This document shows positions 21,100 to 32,211 of a stretch of DNA of 64,000 nt, piece by piece. The stretch covers positions 18,039 to 82,038 of the forward strand of contig CAVUJY010000014.1 in the NCBI GenBank assembly GCA_963741935.1. Reading direction: 5' to 3'. The notes under the pieces were generated by a model. It was not told the DNA's origin. It saw only the letters and a program-made list of their open reading frames with translations, and ran no database searches. The DNA is from an uncultured Bacteroidales bacterium. GTDB taxonomy: Bacteria; Bacteroidota; Bacteroidia; Bacteroidales; VadinHA17. Positions within the stretch are counted from its first letter, which is position 1, and every line of letters starts with the position of its first letter. Position numbers and translations under genes: made by a program.

Positions 21100-21573
21100 A
21101 TGTCAGAGGTTATATATGTGACTGTTGAAGGTCTCCGAAAACTTAAGGAGGATCTCGATCAATTACGCAATGTTGAGAGGCCTTCCATATCGCGGCAGAT
21201 AGCTGATGCAAGAGATAAAGGGGACCTGTCTGAGAACGCTGAATACCATGCTGCCAAAGAGGCGCAGGGTATGATGGAAATGAAGATCTCCAAGCTCGAG
21301 GATCTTGTTGCCCGTGCAAGGATTATCGATGAATCTAAAATTAACACCACCACAGTACAAATCCTGAATAAGGTTAAAATTAAAAACAAAACCAACAATA
21401 CTGTGATGGAGTACCAGCTTGTCCCTGAAAGTGAGGCGAATTTTAAAGATGGTAAAATTGCTGTAAGTTCCCCTATTGCACAGGGGCTTATTGGTAAGAA
21501 AGTTGGTGATATTGTTAATATCAAAGTACCATCAGGGACTATTCCATTTGAGATCATTTTAATCTCACTCTGA
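21100..21573 (+). CDS. greA: transcription elongation factor GreA
   Basis: Intact 157-aa ORF with coiled-coil N-domain motifs (ARDKGDLSENAEYHAAKE) and the C-terminal SSPIAQGLIGKKVGD. Confidence 0.93.
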   Translation: MSEVIYVTVEGLRKLKEDLDQLRNVERPSISRQIADARDKGDLSENAEYHAAKEAQGMMEMKISKLEDLVARARIIDESKINTTTVQILNKVKIKNKTNNTVMEYQLVPESEANFKDGKIAVSSPIAQGLIGKKVGDIVNIKVPSGTIPFEIILISL

Positions 21574-21586
21574 AAATTATTTTATC

Positions 21587-21985
21587 ATGGCAACTATTTT
21601 CACTAAAATCATTAATGGGGAGATTCCCTGTTATAAGATTGCAGAGGATGAAAATTATTTTGCTTTTCTCGATATCAATCCTCTAAGGGAAGGACATACG
21701 CTGGTAGTTCCAAAAAAGGAGTCGGATTATATCTTCGATCTCGATGATGATCTTTTAGCGGGGATGATCGTTTTTTCAAAAAAAATTGCAAATGCGATCA
21801 GCGGTGTTATTCCATGCAACAGAATAGGTGTAGCTATACTTGGACTTGAGGTGCCTCATGCACACATACACCTTGTTCCCATGGATACAATGGAAGATGT
21901 AAATTTCAGAAATCCTAAACTCAGATTTTCACCGGAAGAATTTAAAGCTACTGCTTCCAAAATAAGCCGGAACGTAGTACTATAG
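21587..21985 (+). CDS. HIT-family (histidine triad) nucleotide hydrolase
   Basis: Intact 132-aa ORF with the HAHIHLVP histidine triad. Confidence 0.9.
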   Translation: MATIFTKIINGEIPCYKIAEDENYFAFLDINPLREGHTLVVPKKESDYIFDLDDDLLAGMIVFSKKIANAISGVIPCNRIGVAILGLEVPHAHIHLVPMDTMEDVNFRNPKLRFSPEEFKATASKISRNVVL

Positions 21986-22005
21986 TGAATAACTGAACTC
22001 GCTGC

Positions 22006-22708
22006 ATGAGTTATTTTTATGATTTATGGGATGACTTTATAAGTCTTCTTTTCCCAAGGCTTTGCTATGGTTGCGGAGATCATTTATTACGCAATGAGGA
22101 ACTTATTTGTACTGAATGTTATGTGGTAATCCCCCGGACAAATTACCACACCAACCATGATAACCCACTCGCTAAAGTCTTCTGGGGGCGATGTATGATA
22201 GAAAAAGCCGCTGCATTTTCATTTTATAACAAAGGAAGCAGAATAAGAAATCTTATACATAATCTAAAGTATAAAGGGATACCTGAGATAGGGATTGAAT
22301 TAGGGAAGATCTATGGCAAATCCCTTAAATCTTCAGGATTTACTGATGATATCGAATTGATAATTCCGGTTCCCTTACATAAGTCAAAACAACAACTTAA
22401 GGGGATTTAACCAGAGTGAAAAAATCTCTTCAGGGTTATCAGAAGCTACAGGTGTGCCATATGACAGTGATTCGCTGGTTAGGATAAGTGGTTCCGCAAC
22501 CCAGACTAAAAGGACACGTTATGATCGCTGGACAAATGTTGAAGGTATTTTTAGTGTAAAAAACCCTGAGATAATCAGGGGAAAGCATATTCTTCTTGTT
22601 GATGATGTGATAACAACAGGATCAACTATTGAATCATGTGCCATTGAACTTCTGAAAACTGACGGCGTGAGGGTAAGTGTTGTTTCACTGGCTTTTGCAC
22701 CAGTATAA
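22006..22708 (+). CDS. ComF-family protein (phosphoribosyltransferase domain); one frameshift as assembled
   Basis: N-terminal CxxC...CxxC zinc-finger-like region (CYGCGD...CTEC) and the C-terminal PRTase motif ILLVDDVITTGST. Fragments 22006-22410 and 22454-22708. Confidence 0.8.
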
Positions 22709-22739
22709 TGTCTGATACTAAACTACTCGTTTAGGGTTC

Positions 22740-23279
22740 TTATTCATGAAATCTTTCCAGCTGTTGATACTGTTTTTCCTTTACAGGGTTATTGGTCTGA
22801 TAAAAATGGCATAAGGCAGCTGCCAGACCATCAGTTGCATCAAGTTTTATTTCAGTCAGATTAAATTTTAAAATATTCATAAGCATTGCTGCTACCTGTT
22901 CTTTTGAAGCGGCTCCCTGCCCGGTAATAGACATTTTAATTTTTCTTGGAGCATATTCAAATATTGGCAGGGAGCGTGTCAGTGCGGCAGCAATAGCTGC
23001 ACCCTGAGCTCTTCCGAGTTTTAGCATTGATTGAACATTTTTACCATAGAAGGGTGCTTCAATAGCAAGCTCATCAGGATGGTATTCATCAATAATTCCT
23101 GCTGTTCTTTCAAAAATATGCTTAAGCTTAACATAATGGTCATCAAATTTTGAAAGATCGATGGAGCCAATGGTTATAAGTTCAGGAACTGTTCCTACAG
23201 TTTTAATTACTCCATATCCTGTGATACTGGTCCCCGGGTCAATACCCAGAATAATTCTCTCTATAGGTTTGCCTTTCAA
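22740..23279 (-). CDS. ruvC: crossover junction endodeoxyribonuclease RuvC
   Basis: Intact 179-aa ORF with [16 protein letters not shown] and other RuvC catalytic-acid regions. Confidence 0.93.
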   Translation of the reverse strand: MKGKPIERIILGIDPGTSITGYGVIKTVGTVPELITIGSIDLSKFDDHYVKLKHIFERTAGIIDEYHPDELAIEAPFYGKNVQSMLKLGRAQGAAIAAALTRSLPIFEYAPRKIKMSITGQGAASKEQVAAMLMNILKFNLTEIKLDATDGLAAALCHFYQTNNPVKEKQYQQLERFHE

Positions 23280-23306
23280 TGAATGTTTATTACTGAAGAT
23301 GTTATG

Positions 23307-24644
23307 TTATTTTTCTATTATAATGGCATTGTTCATCCATGACGGTCTTTCACTATACTGTACTGAACGCTTAAATGGAGTTAAATCTTTATATGAAAAC
23401 GATCTTGCCGAGAATGAATTGGTCTCTAGATAACGGATTGCATCACGGAGACATAACTCTTTTTTGTCGCTGAAATCATGTGTAATATCATCAGTTTCAA
23501 TTTTACCGGGAGCGATACCTCCGAAGAAATCACCTTCTCCAAGGGCATTGACTGTTTTGAACATAACCGGAAACATTGAGTAGGTTTGTGCCACATCAAA
23601 TTCATACATTCCGGTTGGTTTTCCATCTGTTGTATCTCCAACGCTTATAACATCCATATAGGGTTTAAGTCCATTCATTACTGCTTCACTTGCCGAAGCA
23701 GTTGATCGTGAAGTTATAACAATAACCTTAGTAAGATCAAGAGGATAGGAGGTAGTTCTTAACGGATAAGAGAAGTTTTCAGACTGCAGCTTATCATTAA
23801 ATTTAAAACTGGCAAACACTTCACCCTGGTGGCTGTTTCCGACAATATAACTTGTAAGTGATTGTGCTACGGAAAGAAGTCCTCCGGAGTTATATCTGAG
23901 ATCAAGAATCAGGTTTTTTACATCATTGGCTTTGAAATATGCAAATGCAGTGGCGAGCTCGGCTTCAGAAGGTTGTATAAATGATTCGAAAACAAGATGT
24001 CCGGTTACCCCTGTCGAAAGATGAAGGGTATCATAAACAAGAACGGAATTTACCTGGAAAGCAGATTTTGTGGATGATATAGTTACCTCATCACCTGCTG
24101 GTGTCTCAAACAGAAACACATTGGTGACTCCGGCTTCACTTGCACCAATCAATGAGGTATATGCAGCACCGTCGCCACTAAGTAAGATGGGCGCAAGATC
24201 AGTATTATTTAATTTTTTTATTATCCAGCCTCTTCTTACACCTGCAGCATACAGGGGTGAATTGGAATAAATCATTGCAATGCGGACGTTCCCTCCGGGA
24301 TCAAGACCAATTCTGAAGCCGTGTCCAACAAATGAGCCTTGCATCTGAGCCTGAAACTCGTCATAATCTGCAACAAAGCTCCATCTGTCAAGAGCTTTGT
24401 ATCTCATGGCATCCATCAGTTCATACGGATCGCTGTAATTATCCTTATTTGAAGTAGTCACACTTAAAGCTTCTGGCATATTATACCATAAGTAATAATC
24501 TTTCATAATATAATACAGACTATCTCTTCCCATAGCAGGAGTAAGGGATGTAGGGGTTGCAGGGGTATCAGGAACTACATTATCCTTTTTACATGATACC
24601 ACCAGTACTAATATTAATATAGGAAGGAAGACCAGTTTTTTCAT
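23307..24644 (-). CDS. S41-family peptidase lipoprotein
   Basis: Intact 445-aa ORF. Lipobox VVSC. S41 motifs DLRYNSGGLL and TASASE. Confidence 0.85.
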   Translation of the reverse strand: MKKLVFLPILILVLVVSCKKDNVVPDTPATPTSLTPAMGRDSLYYIMKDYYLWYNMPEALSVTTSNKDNYSDPYELMDAMRYKALDRWSFVADYDEFQAQMQGSFVGHGFRIGLDPGGNVRIAMIYSNSPLYAAGVRRGWIIKKLNNTDLAPILLSGDGAAYTSLIGASEAGVTNVFLFETPAGDEVTISSTKSAFQVNSVLVYDTLHLSTGVTGHLVFESFIQPSEAELATAFAYFKANDVKNLILDLRYNSGGLLSVAQSLTSYIVGNSHQGEVFASFKFNDKLQSENFSYPLRTTSYPLDLTKVIVITSRSTASASEAVMNGLKPYMDVISVGDTTDGKPTGMYEFDVAQTYSMFPVMFKTVNALGEGDFFGGIAPGKIETDDITHDFSDKKELCLRDAIRYLETNSFSARSFSYKDLTPFKRSVQYSERPSWMNNAIIIEK

Positions 24645-24692
24645 ATTGTGTTAAAATAAAGATTTATAAATCAACTTCACAAAGATAACTAT

Positions 24693-25581
24693 TTATCCCC
24701 TGGAAGATTTACGGTTTTGAATCAATATACCGATTATGATCAGTACCAATCCGGCAGGAGTAGTATAATAAACGGGTTCATGAAGGATATAGTGTATAAA
24801 AATAAGGGAAAAAAATGGAGCCAGATATACCAGGTTACTTACCTTATCAGTAGATGATGCCAACTGAAGAGCTTTGAGCCAGAAGAAAAAAGTGATTCCC
24901 ATTTCAAACAGACCAATATAGACTGAAGCAGCTGCCCCGCGTAATTCTATATGTGCCTGCCATTTTCCCGTAATAATCATTGCAATAATCAGATATACAG
25001 AACCAAAGAGAAAATTAAGCAACAGCTTAATACTTTCGTCCCGTTTATCTTTCATGTTAAGAATAAAATAAACCGACCAGAAAACTGAGCTGCCGGTAGC
25101 CAGTATTATGCCGGTCAAGATTGGCATTTCCGGTTGTAAAGAGATGCCCTTGCGATGATATAATATAAACTCCGATAAAGCTGATAAAAAGCGCAATAAA
25201 GCTCTTACGTTCAATCTTTTGCCTTAGAATAGGCACAGAAAGGAAGACAAGGATTATGGGCCAGATCATATTCAGAGGCTGAGCAATCTGTGCAGGCAAT
25301 AACTGGTATGCTTTTAACAGAATCAGATAATACAAAAATGGATTAATGAATCCGAGAACAGCTGAATTCAGGAGCTCTCTCCCTGTGGTTTTTCTGATAA
25401 GATATGCCTTTCTGCCGGCAAAGACAATAATAAACAGAATTGCTGCAGATGAAAGTGCCGCAATGGTAAGCATCGGCAGAATATCCAGTTCCTGAAGTCC
25501 GATTTTAAATACAGTCGGGATTGTTGACCAGAATAGTATTGCCAGCCCGGCGTATATATAAGATTGTCTGGTCTTATTCAT
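24693..25581 (-). CDS. EamA/DMT-family transporter; one frameshift as assembled
   Basis: Two overlapping fragments (25057-25581 and 24693-25214) give a polytopic membrane protein of about 296 aa with the duplicated EamA architecture. Confidence 0.8.
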
Positions 25582-25631
25582 TCCCGGTTCTGGTTATGTT
25601 GCTAATATATTGTTAGTGTGATGTTTAGTAG

Positions 25632-26912
25632 TCAATTGATTATGTCAAATCCTGTATATGGAATAAGTGCTTCAGGTACTTTTATTCCGGATTCAGTCTG
25701 ATTGTTTTCAAGGATTGCAGCTACAATTCTTGGTAATGCAAGAGCACTTCCATTAAGTGTATGAGCCAGTTTTGTCAGTTTATCTCCTTTCTCCTTAAAC
25801 CGGCATTTTAGCCTGTTTGCCTGGAAAGATTCAAAGTTCGAAACGGAACTTACTTCAAGCCAGCGTTTCTGAGCTGCTGACCATACTTCAAAGTCATATG
25901 TAAGTGCTGAAGTAAATGACATATCTCCTCCGCAAAGTCGTAGTATACGATAAGGGAGATCAAGTTTTGCAACAAGGCTTTCTACATGACTAACCATTGC
26001 CTCAAGCGATTCATATGAGTGATCAGGGTGAGCTATCTGTACAATTTCAACTTTATCAAACTGGTGAAGACGATTTAATCCTCTCACATGAGCTCCCCAC
26101 GATCCTGCTTCCCTTCTGAAGCAAGGTGTATATGCAATATTCCTCATGGGAAGCTGATCTGCATTCAGGATAACGTCCCTGTACATGTTTGTTACCGGGA
26201 CTTCTGCTGTTGGTATAAGATAGAAATTCTCAAGGCCGACATGGTACATTTGTCCCTCTTTATCAGGCAATTGTCCGGTACCAAAGCCCGAGTCTTCATT
26301 AACCATTATAGGTGGCATTACCTCGATATACCCGGCTTTCTCCCCCTCATCGAGAAAAAAGCTGATAAGAGCTCTCTGAAGTTTTGCGCCTTTGCCTTTA
26401 TACACCGGAAATCCTGCTCCTGTAAGCTTAATTCCCAGCTCAAAATCAATAATATCGTATTTCTTTATCAGATCCCAGTGAGGTAATGCAGATTCAGGAA
26501 CAGAGGGCATAGTTCCTCCTTCTTTTACTTTAACATTATCATCGGCCCCAAATCCTGGTGCTACAGACTCATGCGGAAGATTTGGAAGTTTAACGATCTC
26601 ATTTCTAAGATCGTTCTCAACAGGAATAAGTTTGTCCGAAAGAGATTTGATCTCCTCTTTAAGAGTATATGTTTTTTGTTTTGCCTCTTCTGCTTCTTCT
26701 CGTTTTCCATCCCTGATAAGTGTTCCTATCTCTTTAGAAATTATGTTCATTTCCCCTAGCAAGGTATCACTCCTCGATTGAATTTCACGGCGCGACAGGT
26801 CGAGTTCAAGCACTTTGTCAATAATTGCATCTGCTTCAAAGTTTTTGACTTTCAGCCTTGAGATAATGAAATCTTTATTTTCGCGGATAAGGTTTATTGT
26901 TAACATATTCAA
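25632..26912 (-). CDS. serS: serine--tRNA ligase
   Basis: Intact 426-aa ORF with an N-terminal coiled-coil arm and class II motifs (FRREAGS, GSALALPR). Confidence 0.95.
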   Translation of the reverse strand: MNMLTINLIRENKDFIISRLKVKNFEADAIIDKVLELDLSRREIQSRSDTLLGEMNIISKEIGTLIRDGKREEAEEAKQKTYTLKEEIKSLSDKLIPVENDLRNEIVKLPNLPHESVAPGFGADDNVKVKEGGTMPSVPESALPHWDLIKKYDIIDFELGIKLTGAGFPVYKGKGAKLQRALISFFLDEGEKAGYIEVMPPIMVNEDSGFGTGQLPDKEGQMYHVGLENFYLIPTAEVPVTNMYRDVILNADQLPMRNIAYTPCFRREAGSWGAHVRGLNRLHQFDKVEIVQIAHPDHSYESLEAMVSHVESLVAKLDLPYRILRLCGGDMSFTSALTYDFEVWSAAQKRWLEVSSVSNFESFQANRLKCRFKEKGDKLTKLAHTLNGSALALPRIVAAILENNQTESGIKVPEALIPYTGFDIIN

Positions 26913-26923
26913 TATAAGTTTAA

Positions 26924-26951
26924 TAAAAAAAGCAGGCCTGAAATGCCTGCT
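26924..26951 (-). terminator. rho-independent terminator (second of two downstream of rpmA)
   Basis: On the minus strand, a 7-bp stem AGCAGGC/GCCTGCT with a 7-nt loop is followed by a T7 run. Confidence 0.6.
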
Positions 26952-26962
26952 GTAAAATTATT

Positions 26963-27011
26963 AAAAACTCCCGATAATGCTTTCCTGTACAAGAAAAGAA
27001 TTTCGGGAGTT
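26963..27011 (-). terminator. long stem-loop followed by a T-run, downstream of rpmA
   Basis: On the minus strand, the 9-bp stem AACTCCCGA/TCGGGAGTT encloses a 28-nt loop region and is followed by TTTTT. Confidence 0.45.
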
Positions 27012-27030
27012 ATAAATTTTGAGGTAATAT

Positions 27031-27291
27031 CTACTCAGTTACCGGTTTTACCGATACATAAGATTTATTATCCCTTTTTCTTTTAAATTCAACCTCTCCG
27101 TCTTTAAGAGCAAAAAGAGTATGATCTTTTCCGAGGCCAACATTCAGACCCGGATTATGTTTGGTTCCTCTCTGACGAACTATGATGTTGCCTGCTTTGG
27201 CTACCTGACCGCCAAAGAGCTTCACTCCCAGTCGTTTACTTTCCGAATCGCGACCGTTACGTGAACTACCTGCTCCTTTCTTGTGTGCCAT
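27031..27291 (-). CDS. rpmA: 50S ribosomal protein L27
   Basis: [24 protein letters not shown]... matches the canonical L27 N-terminus. Confidence 0.95.
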   Translation of the reverse strand: MAHKKGAGSSRNGRDSESKRLGVKLFGGQVAKAGNIIVRQRGTKHNPGLNVGLGKDHTLFALKDGEVEFKRKRDNKSYVSVKPVTE

Positions 27292-27323
27292 AATTGTATA
27301 TTTTTAATTCTTAGACTTTAGAT

Positions 27324-27853
27324 TTATTCTTTACTTTTTGCTGGTTTTTTAGCAACCGGTTTTTTCACAGCTGGTTTCTTCTCAGCAACTTTTTTACCAG
27401 CGCTGGTTTTGAGGTAGCTGCCTCTTTTTTAGCCGGAGCTTTTTTTGCAGCAGTTTTCTTTTCTTTTACAGGTTCTTCTCCAACACTTACTTCAGCTGTG
27501 ATAACCTCTTCTTTTTTAGGCGCTGCCTTTTTAGGAGATGCTTTTCCGTTAATGCTGATAATTTCAATCTGTGTAAAGTTTTGGCGATGTCCGTTTTTAA
27601 TTCTGTAACCTTTCTTTCTTTTCTTTTTGAAAACAATGACTTTGTCACCTCTTACATGATCAACAACTTGTCCTTCAACAACAGCGTCTTTGATAGTTGG
27701 TTCACCGATAGTAATTTTTCCATCATCCTCAATAAGAAGTACCTGATCGAATTCAATCTGTTTTCCTTCTTCTGCTTCCAGACGGTGAACGAAAATCTTT
27801 TTCCCCTGCTCTACTTTAAACTGCTGACCTGCAATTTCTACGATTGCGTACAT
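27324..27853 (-). CDS. rplU: 50S ribosomal protein L21 with Lys/Ala-rich C-terminal extension; tail frameshifted as assembled
   Basis: MYAIVEIAGQQFKVEQGKKIFVHRL... is an L21 core. The KKAAPKK...AKKPAKSKE tail continues in a shifted frame to TAA 27324-27326. Confidence 0.9.
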
Positions 27854-27946
27854 TTTATACTTTTTTTACGTTACTCCAGGAGGCGTATATTATCATCTGA
27901 AAATATAACTTCATCTGCCCCGATGGATTTATCCAAAATTGGACTG

Positions 27947-27954
27947 CAAAGATA
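27947..27954 (-). promoter_or_regulatory. putative -7 promoter box (TAnnTTTG) for rplU-rpmA
   Basis: The minus strand reads TATCTTTG about 95 nt upstream of the rplU ATG, which implies a leader of about 85-90 nt. Confidence 0.3.
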
Positions 27955-28134
27955 TACAAATTAGATTATTTACAAACCATTAGAAGGAATATTTTATAGA
28001 GCCGGTGTAAACAATGCTCATATTGGTTTTCTGTTATAATTTTAAATAGCCATAATTGAACAAAGATCCTGATTTATTGTATGAATGTTAATAAAAAAGA
28101 ACAATGTTCCCTGAAGGTTTCCTTCTAATATCTT

Positions 28135-28142
28135 TATATTTG
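28135..28142 (+). promoter_or_regulatory. putative -7 promoter box (TAnnTTTG) for the bifunctional nuclease gene
   Basis: TATATTTG lies 51 nt upstream of the ATG at 28193. Confidence 0.3.
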
Positions 28143-28192
28143 TCATAAGGAATGAAAGATACTGTTATTTATCTGATGCATAAACATTTGAT

Positions 28193-28786
28193 ATGAAAAG
28201 AATTAAGCTAAAGGTTATGGGTATCTCATATAGTCAGACTCAATCTGGTGCTTATGCATTGATTTTGATCGAAGAGAACGGAGAAAGAAGAATTCCAATA
28301 ATTATTGGTGGGTTTGAGGCACAGGCAATAGTAATTAAACTGGAGAACCTCGATCCGCCGCGTCCTCTGACACACGATCTGTTTAAAAAGTTTGCCGATG
28401 AATTCAATGTATCGGTTAATGAGGTTATGATATATAAACTTGAGGAAGGGGTCTTCTTTTCAAAACTTGTCTGCAGTAATGGTGAAAAGGAATATTCAAT
28501 TGACAGCAGAACCTCCGATGCTGTTGCAATTGCATTAAGATTCGATTGCCCGATATACATTACAGAGGAAATCCTTGAGAAGGCAGGAATTACCATCAAT
28601 CCTTCTGATTCAGAAATCTCTCCTTCGAGTGAAGTTGACAGCATGTTTGAAAGTGAAAGAACCAAGTATGAATCCTATTCCGATGATGAGCTCTATAAAA
28701 TGATTGATGATGCCGTTAAAACAGAAGATTATGAACGTGCTGCGGCAATAAGAGATGAAATTGATAAAAGAAAGAAAAAGAAATAG
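28193..28786 (+). CDS. bifunctional nuclease (BFN) domain protein with C-terminal UVR motif
   Basis: Intact 197-aa ORF with a BFN-like core (RIPIIIGGFEAQAI...THDL) and a UvrB/C-like motif (EDYERAAAIRDEI). Confidence 0.85.
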   Translation: MKRIKLKVMGISYSQTQSGAYALILIEENGERRIPIIIGGFEAQAIVIKLENLDPPRPLTHDLFKKFADEFNVSVNEVMIYKLEEGVFFSKLVCSNGEKEYSIDSRTSDAVAIALRFDCPIYITEEILEKAGITINPSDSEISPSSEVDSMFESERTKYESYSDDELYKMIDDAVKTEDYERAAAIRDEIDKRKKKK

Positions 28787-28832
28787 AGTACCCTTCTTTT
28801 TTTAAACCTCCGGACACCTAAACATCCTGAAA

Positions 28833-30779
28833 ATGAAAAGAACACTTTTACTTGTTGTGCTGTTTATAATCTCTTTGCTTCATTCTTACGCAAAGGAATA
28901 TAAACTCAGCTCTCCTGACGGAACAATTTCCCTGAATGTGAATGTGGGTAATGAGATAAGCTGGTCGGCCAAAATTGATGGCAGGGAAGTTGTCAGTGCT
29001 TCCAGGATTGCAATGATTCTGGAAAATGGGAAAACTCTTGGCGAAAATGAGAAGGTTAAGAAAAGCAAAGTAAGTCTTCTTAATGAAACTATCTATCCTG
29101 TAGTTCCGAATAAGAGATCGCAATTGCTAATAATTGTAATATCCTTGAACTTACTTTTGCTTCCGGCTTCTCGCTGCAATTCAGAGCATATGATGATGGA
29201 TTTCTTACAGGTTTGTTACTGCTTTTAAAGATGCAATAGAAGTTAAGAATGAAATTTCAGATTACCGGTTTCCTGAGGGGTCAAACTCCTGGTATCCACT
29301 GGAAACCAGTTTCATGTCGCATAATGAAAGAACTTTTATCTTTTCAGATCTTGACACGATAAACAGCAAGCACCTGGCAAGCCTTCCGGCCTTGTTTCAG
29401 GTTAAAGGTACTGATGTACTGATTACCGAATCTGATATTGAAGACTATCCGGGAATGTGGCTTACCGGTGCAGGTTCAGGCAAAATATCAGGAATATGGT
29501 CAAAATATCCTGACACTGAAAAGCTGGTCAGGGACAGAGATCTTTTTATTACCAGTACTAAAGATTATATTGCTAAAACAAAAGGGACACGTAATTTTCC
29601 ATGGAGGGTGTTTGTGATAGCAAGGAATGATGTAAAACTGATTGAGAGTGACCTTGTATTCAAACTTGCTTCGCCAAATAAAATTACTGATACAAAATGG
29701 ATTAAGCCGGGCAAAGTAGCCTGGGACTGGTGGAATGCTAATAATATTTATGGAGTTGATTTCAGAGCCGGAATTAATAATGACACATATAAATATTATA
29801 TCGATTTCGCTTCAAAAAATGGTATTGAATATATTATTCTCGATGAAGGCTGGTACAAATTAGGTAATGTCCTTGAAGAAGTTCCTGACATAAATGTTGA
29901 GGAGTTATGTAGTTATGCTGCAAGTAAAAATGTGGGGGTAATTTTGTGGGTTGTCTGGAAAAGTTTCTGGGATAAGATGGATGAGGCAACAGCACTTTAT
30001 GAGAAATGGGGAGTGAAGGGAGTAAAGGTTGATTTCATGCAAAGGGATGACCAGAAGATTGTAAATTTCTATCTTGAGGCAGCTCAAAAAACAGCTGAGC
30101 ATCATCTGCTTATCGACTTTCATGGGGCTTATAAACCTGATGGGCTGGGACGTACATGGCCAAATGCCCTGACACGGGAAGGGGTAAAAGGAATGGAAAA
30201 CAATAAATGGAGTAAGGATATAAATCCCGATCATGATGTAACAATCCCTTTTACAAGGATGGTTGCCGGACCAATGGATTATACTCCGGGAGCTATGATA
30301 AATATGGACAGTACCAATTTTAATCCTCAGTATACCAGACCTGAGAGTCAGGGTACAAGGGCCCACCAGGTAGCTTTGTACGTTATTTATGAAAGTCCGT
30401 TGCAAATGCTTTCCGATAGCCCCTCCAATTATATGAAGGAGCAGGAAACAACAGATTTTATTGTAAAGATACCAGTTGTATGGGATGATATTGTTGGTCT
30501 TGACGGGAAAGTAGGTGATTATCTGCTTCTTGCCAGGAGATCAGGGAAAGAGTGGTTTGTAGGGGCTCTTACTGACTGGATCTGCCCGTGATATGATGCT
30601 TGATTTGTCATTTCTTCCTGCCGGACAGTATACAATGGAGATATTTCAGGACGGAATTAATGCTGACAGATATGCAGGGGATTATAAGCATTTAACTAAA
30701 ATTGTTAATTCCGGTGATAAAATGAACATTCATCTTGCTCCCGGAGGAGGCTGGGTTGGAAGGATAGTACCAAAACTAA
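28833..30779 (+). CDS. GH97-family alpha-glucosidase (SusB-like); multiple frameshifts as assembled and stop codon lost
   Basis: Signal peptide. GH97 N-domain ([14 protein letters not shown]), catalytic-barrel fragments ([24 protein letters not shown]) and C-terminal ...[12 protein letters not shown]. At least 4 frame breaks. Out-of-frame TAATAA at 30777-30782. Confidence 0.85.
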
Positions 30780-30793
30780 TAACAAAAAGATAT

Positions 30794-31587
30794 ATGAAGC
30801 AATATCTTGATCTGCTTGACCATGTAATTAAATCAGGGATTGAAAAGAAAGACAGAACGGGTACCGGAACTATTAGTGTATTTGGTTATCAGTCGAGATT
30901 TAATCTTGAAGAGGGCTTTCCTCTTCTGACAACAAAAAAACTTCATTTGAAGTCAATAATACATGAATTGTTATGGTTTATTTCAGGAGATACCAATATC
31001 CGGTATCTCAGGGAAAATGGCGTAAAAATCTGGGATGCATGGGCAGATAAGGACGGAAATCTCGGACCTGTTTACGGACATCAGTGGAGGTCATGGCAGG
31101 CGGAAGGTGGCAGAAAAATTGATCAGCTTCTTGATGTAATAAATTCTATAAAGAACTCACCTGACTCACGGAGACATATTGTTAGTGCATGGAATGTGGG
31201 AGATCTTGACAGAATGGCTCTTCCTCCCTGTCATCTTTTGTTTCAGTTTTATGTAGCAGAGGAAAGTTATCATGTCAGCTTTATCAGCGAAGCGCAGATA
31301 TCTTTTTAGGAGTGCCTTTCAATATTGCATCGTATGCCCTTCTTACTCTGATGATTGCCCAGGTAACGGGTCTGAAGCCTGGTGAATTCATCCATACACT
31401 TGGCGATGCTCATATCTACCTGAATCATATGGAACAGGTCAAACTTCAGCTTACCAGGGAACCATATAAATTGCCAAAAATGGTCATTAATCCCGAAGTG
31501 AATGATATTCTAAAATTTAAATTTGAAGATTTCACCCTTACTGATTATGTTTCTCATCCTCATATAAAAGGTGATATTTCAGTATAA
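30794..31587 (+). CDS. thyA: thymidylate synthase; one frameshift as assembled
   Basis: [11 protein letters not shown]...DRTGTGT...PPCH..FQFYV, then ...[26 protein letters not shown] after a missing base in the GG run at 31261-31262. Confidence 0.92.
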
Positions 31588-31597
31588 CATATTAAAC

Positions 31598-32072
31598 ATG
31601 ATTTCAATAATAGTAGCAGTTTCAGATGATTGGGGTATAGGAAAAGATAATGACCTTTTATGGCACATTTCTGAAGATCTTAAGACGGTTTAAAAGGCTC
31701 ACAACAGGGAATACCATAGTAATGGGTAAAAGAACATGGGAGTCATTACCCCGAAGACCTCTCCCAAACAGAAAAAATATAGTTTTAACAGATGTAAGGA
31801 ATGAAACGATTGATGGAGCGGTTACTGTTTACTCAATTGAAGAGGCTCTTAAAAGCTGCGAACAGGATAAAGAGATTTTTATCATAGGAGGAGGAAGTAT
31901 TTACAGACAGTTTATGTCAATTGCTGACAGGCTTTATATAACACATGTTCATAAAAAAACAGATGCTGATATCTACTTTCCTGAAATAGATCAATCAGTA
32001 TGGAAAGTTATTGAAAAAGAGGAGTTTGGCGACAGAAACCAATGCTATCCCTTATACTTATGTTATTTATGA
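31598..32072 (+). CDS. folA: dihydrofolate reductase; one frameshift as assembled
   Basis: MISIIVAVSDDWGIGKDNDLLWHISEDL, then after a shift at about 31685, RRFKRLTTGNTIVMGKRTWESLP... Confidence 0.88.
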
Positions 32073-32211
32073 GAGGAGAAGGCAGTAAAACGGAGAATTT
32101 GACTTCAAGATTTTTTAGTTTGAACTCAGAATAATACTTTCTTTATAAAAGATAAGAATTTCCAGGTCATATTTACTCTTATATTCTTATCCCTAATGAT
32201 ACAATTCGATA

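Noticed and set aside
30593-31309. An apparent single ORF fusing the GH97 C-terminus to thymidylate synthase.
   Set aside because: The natural TAATAA stop of GH97 (30777-30782) is one base out of frame right after an A4 run. thyA has its own ATG at 30794. The fusion is best explained by a one-base indel error.
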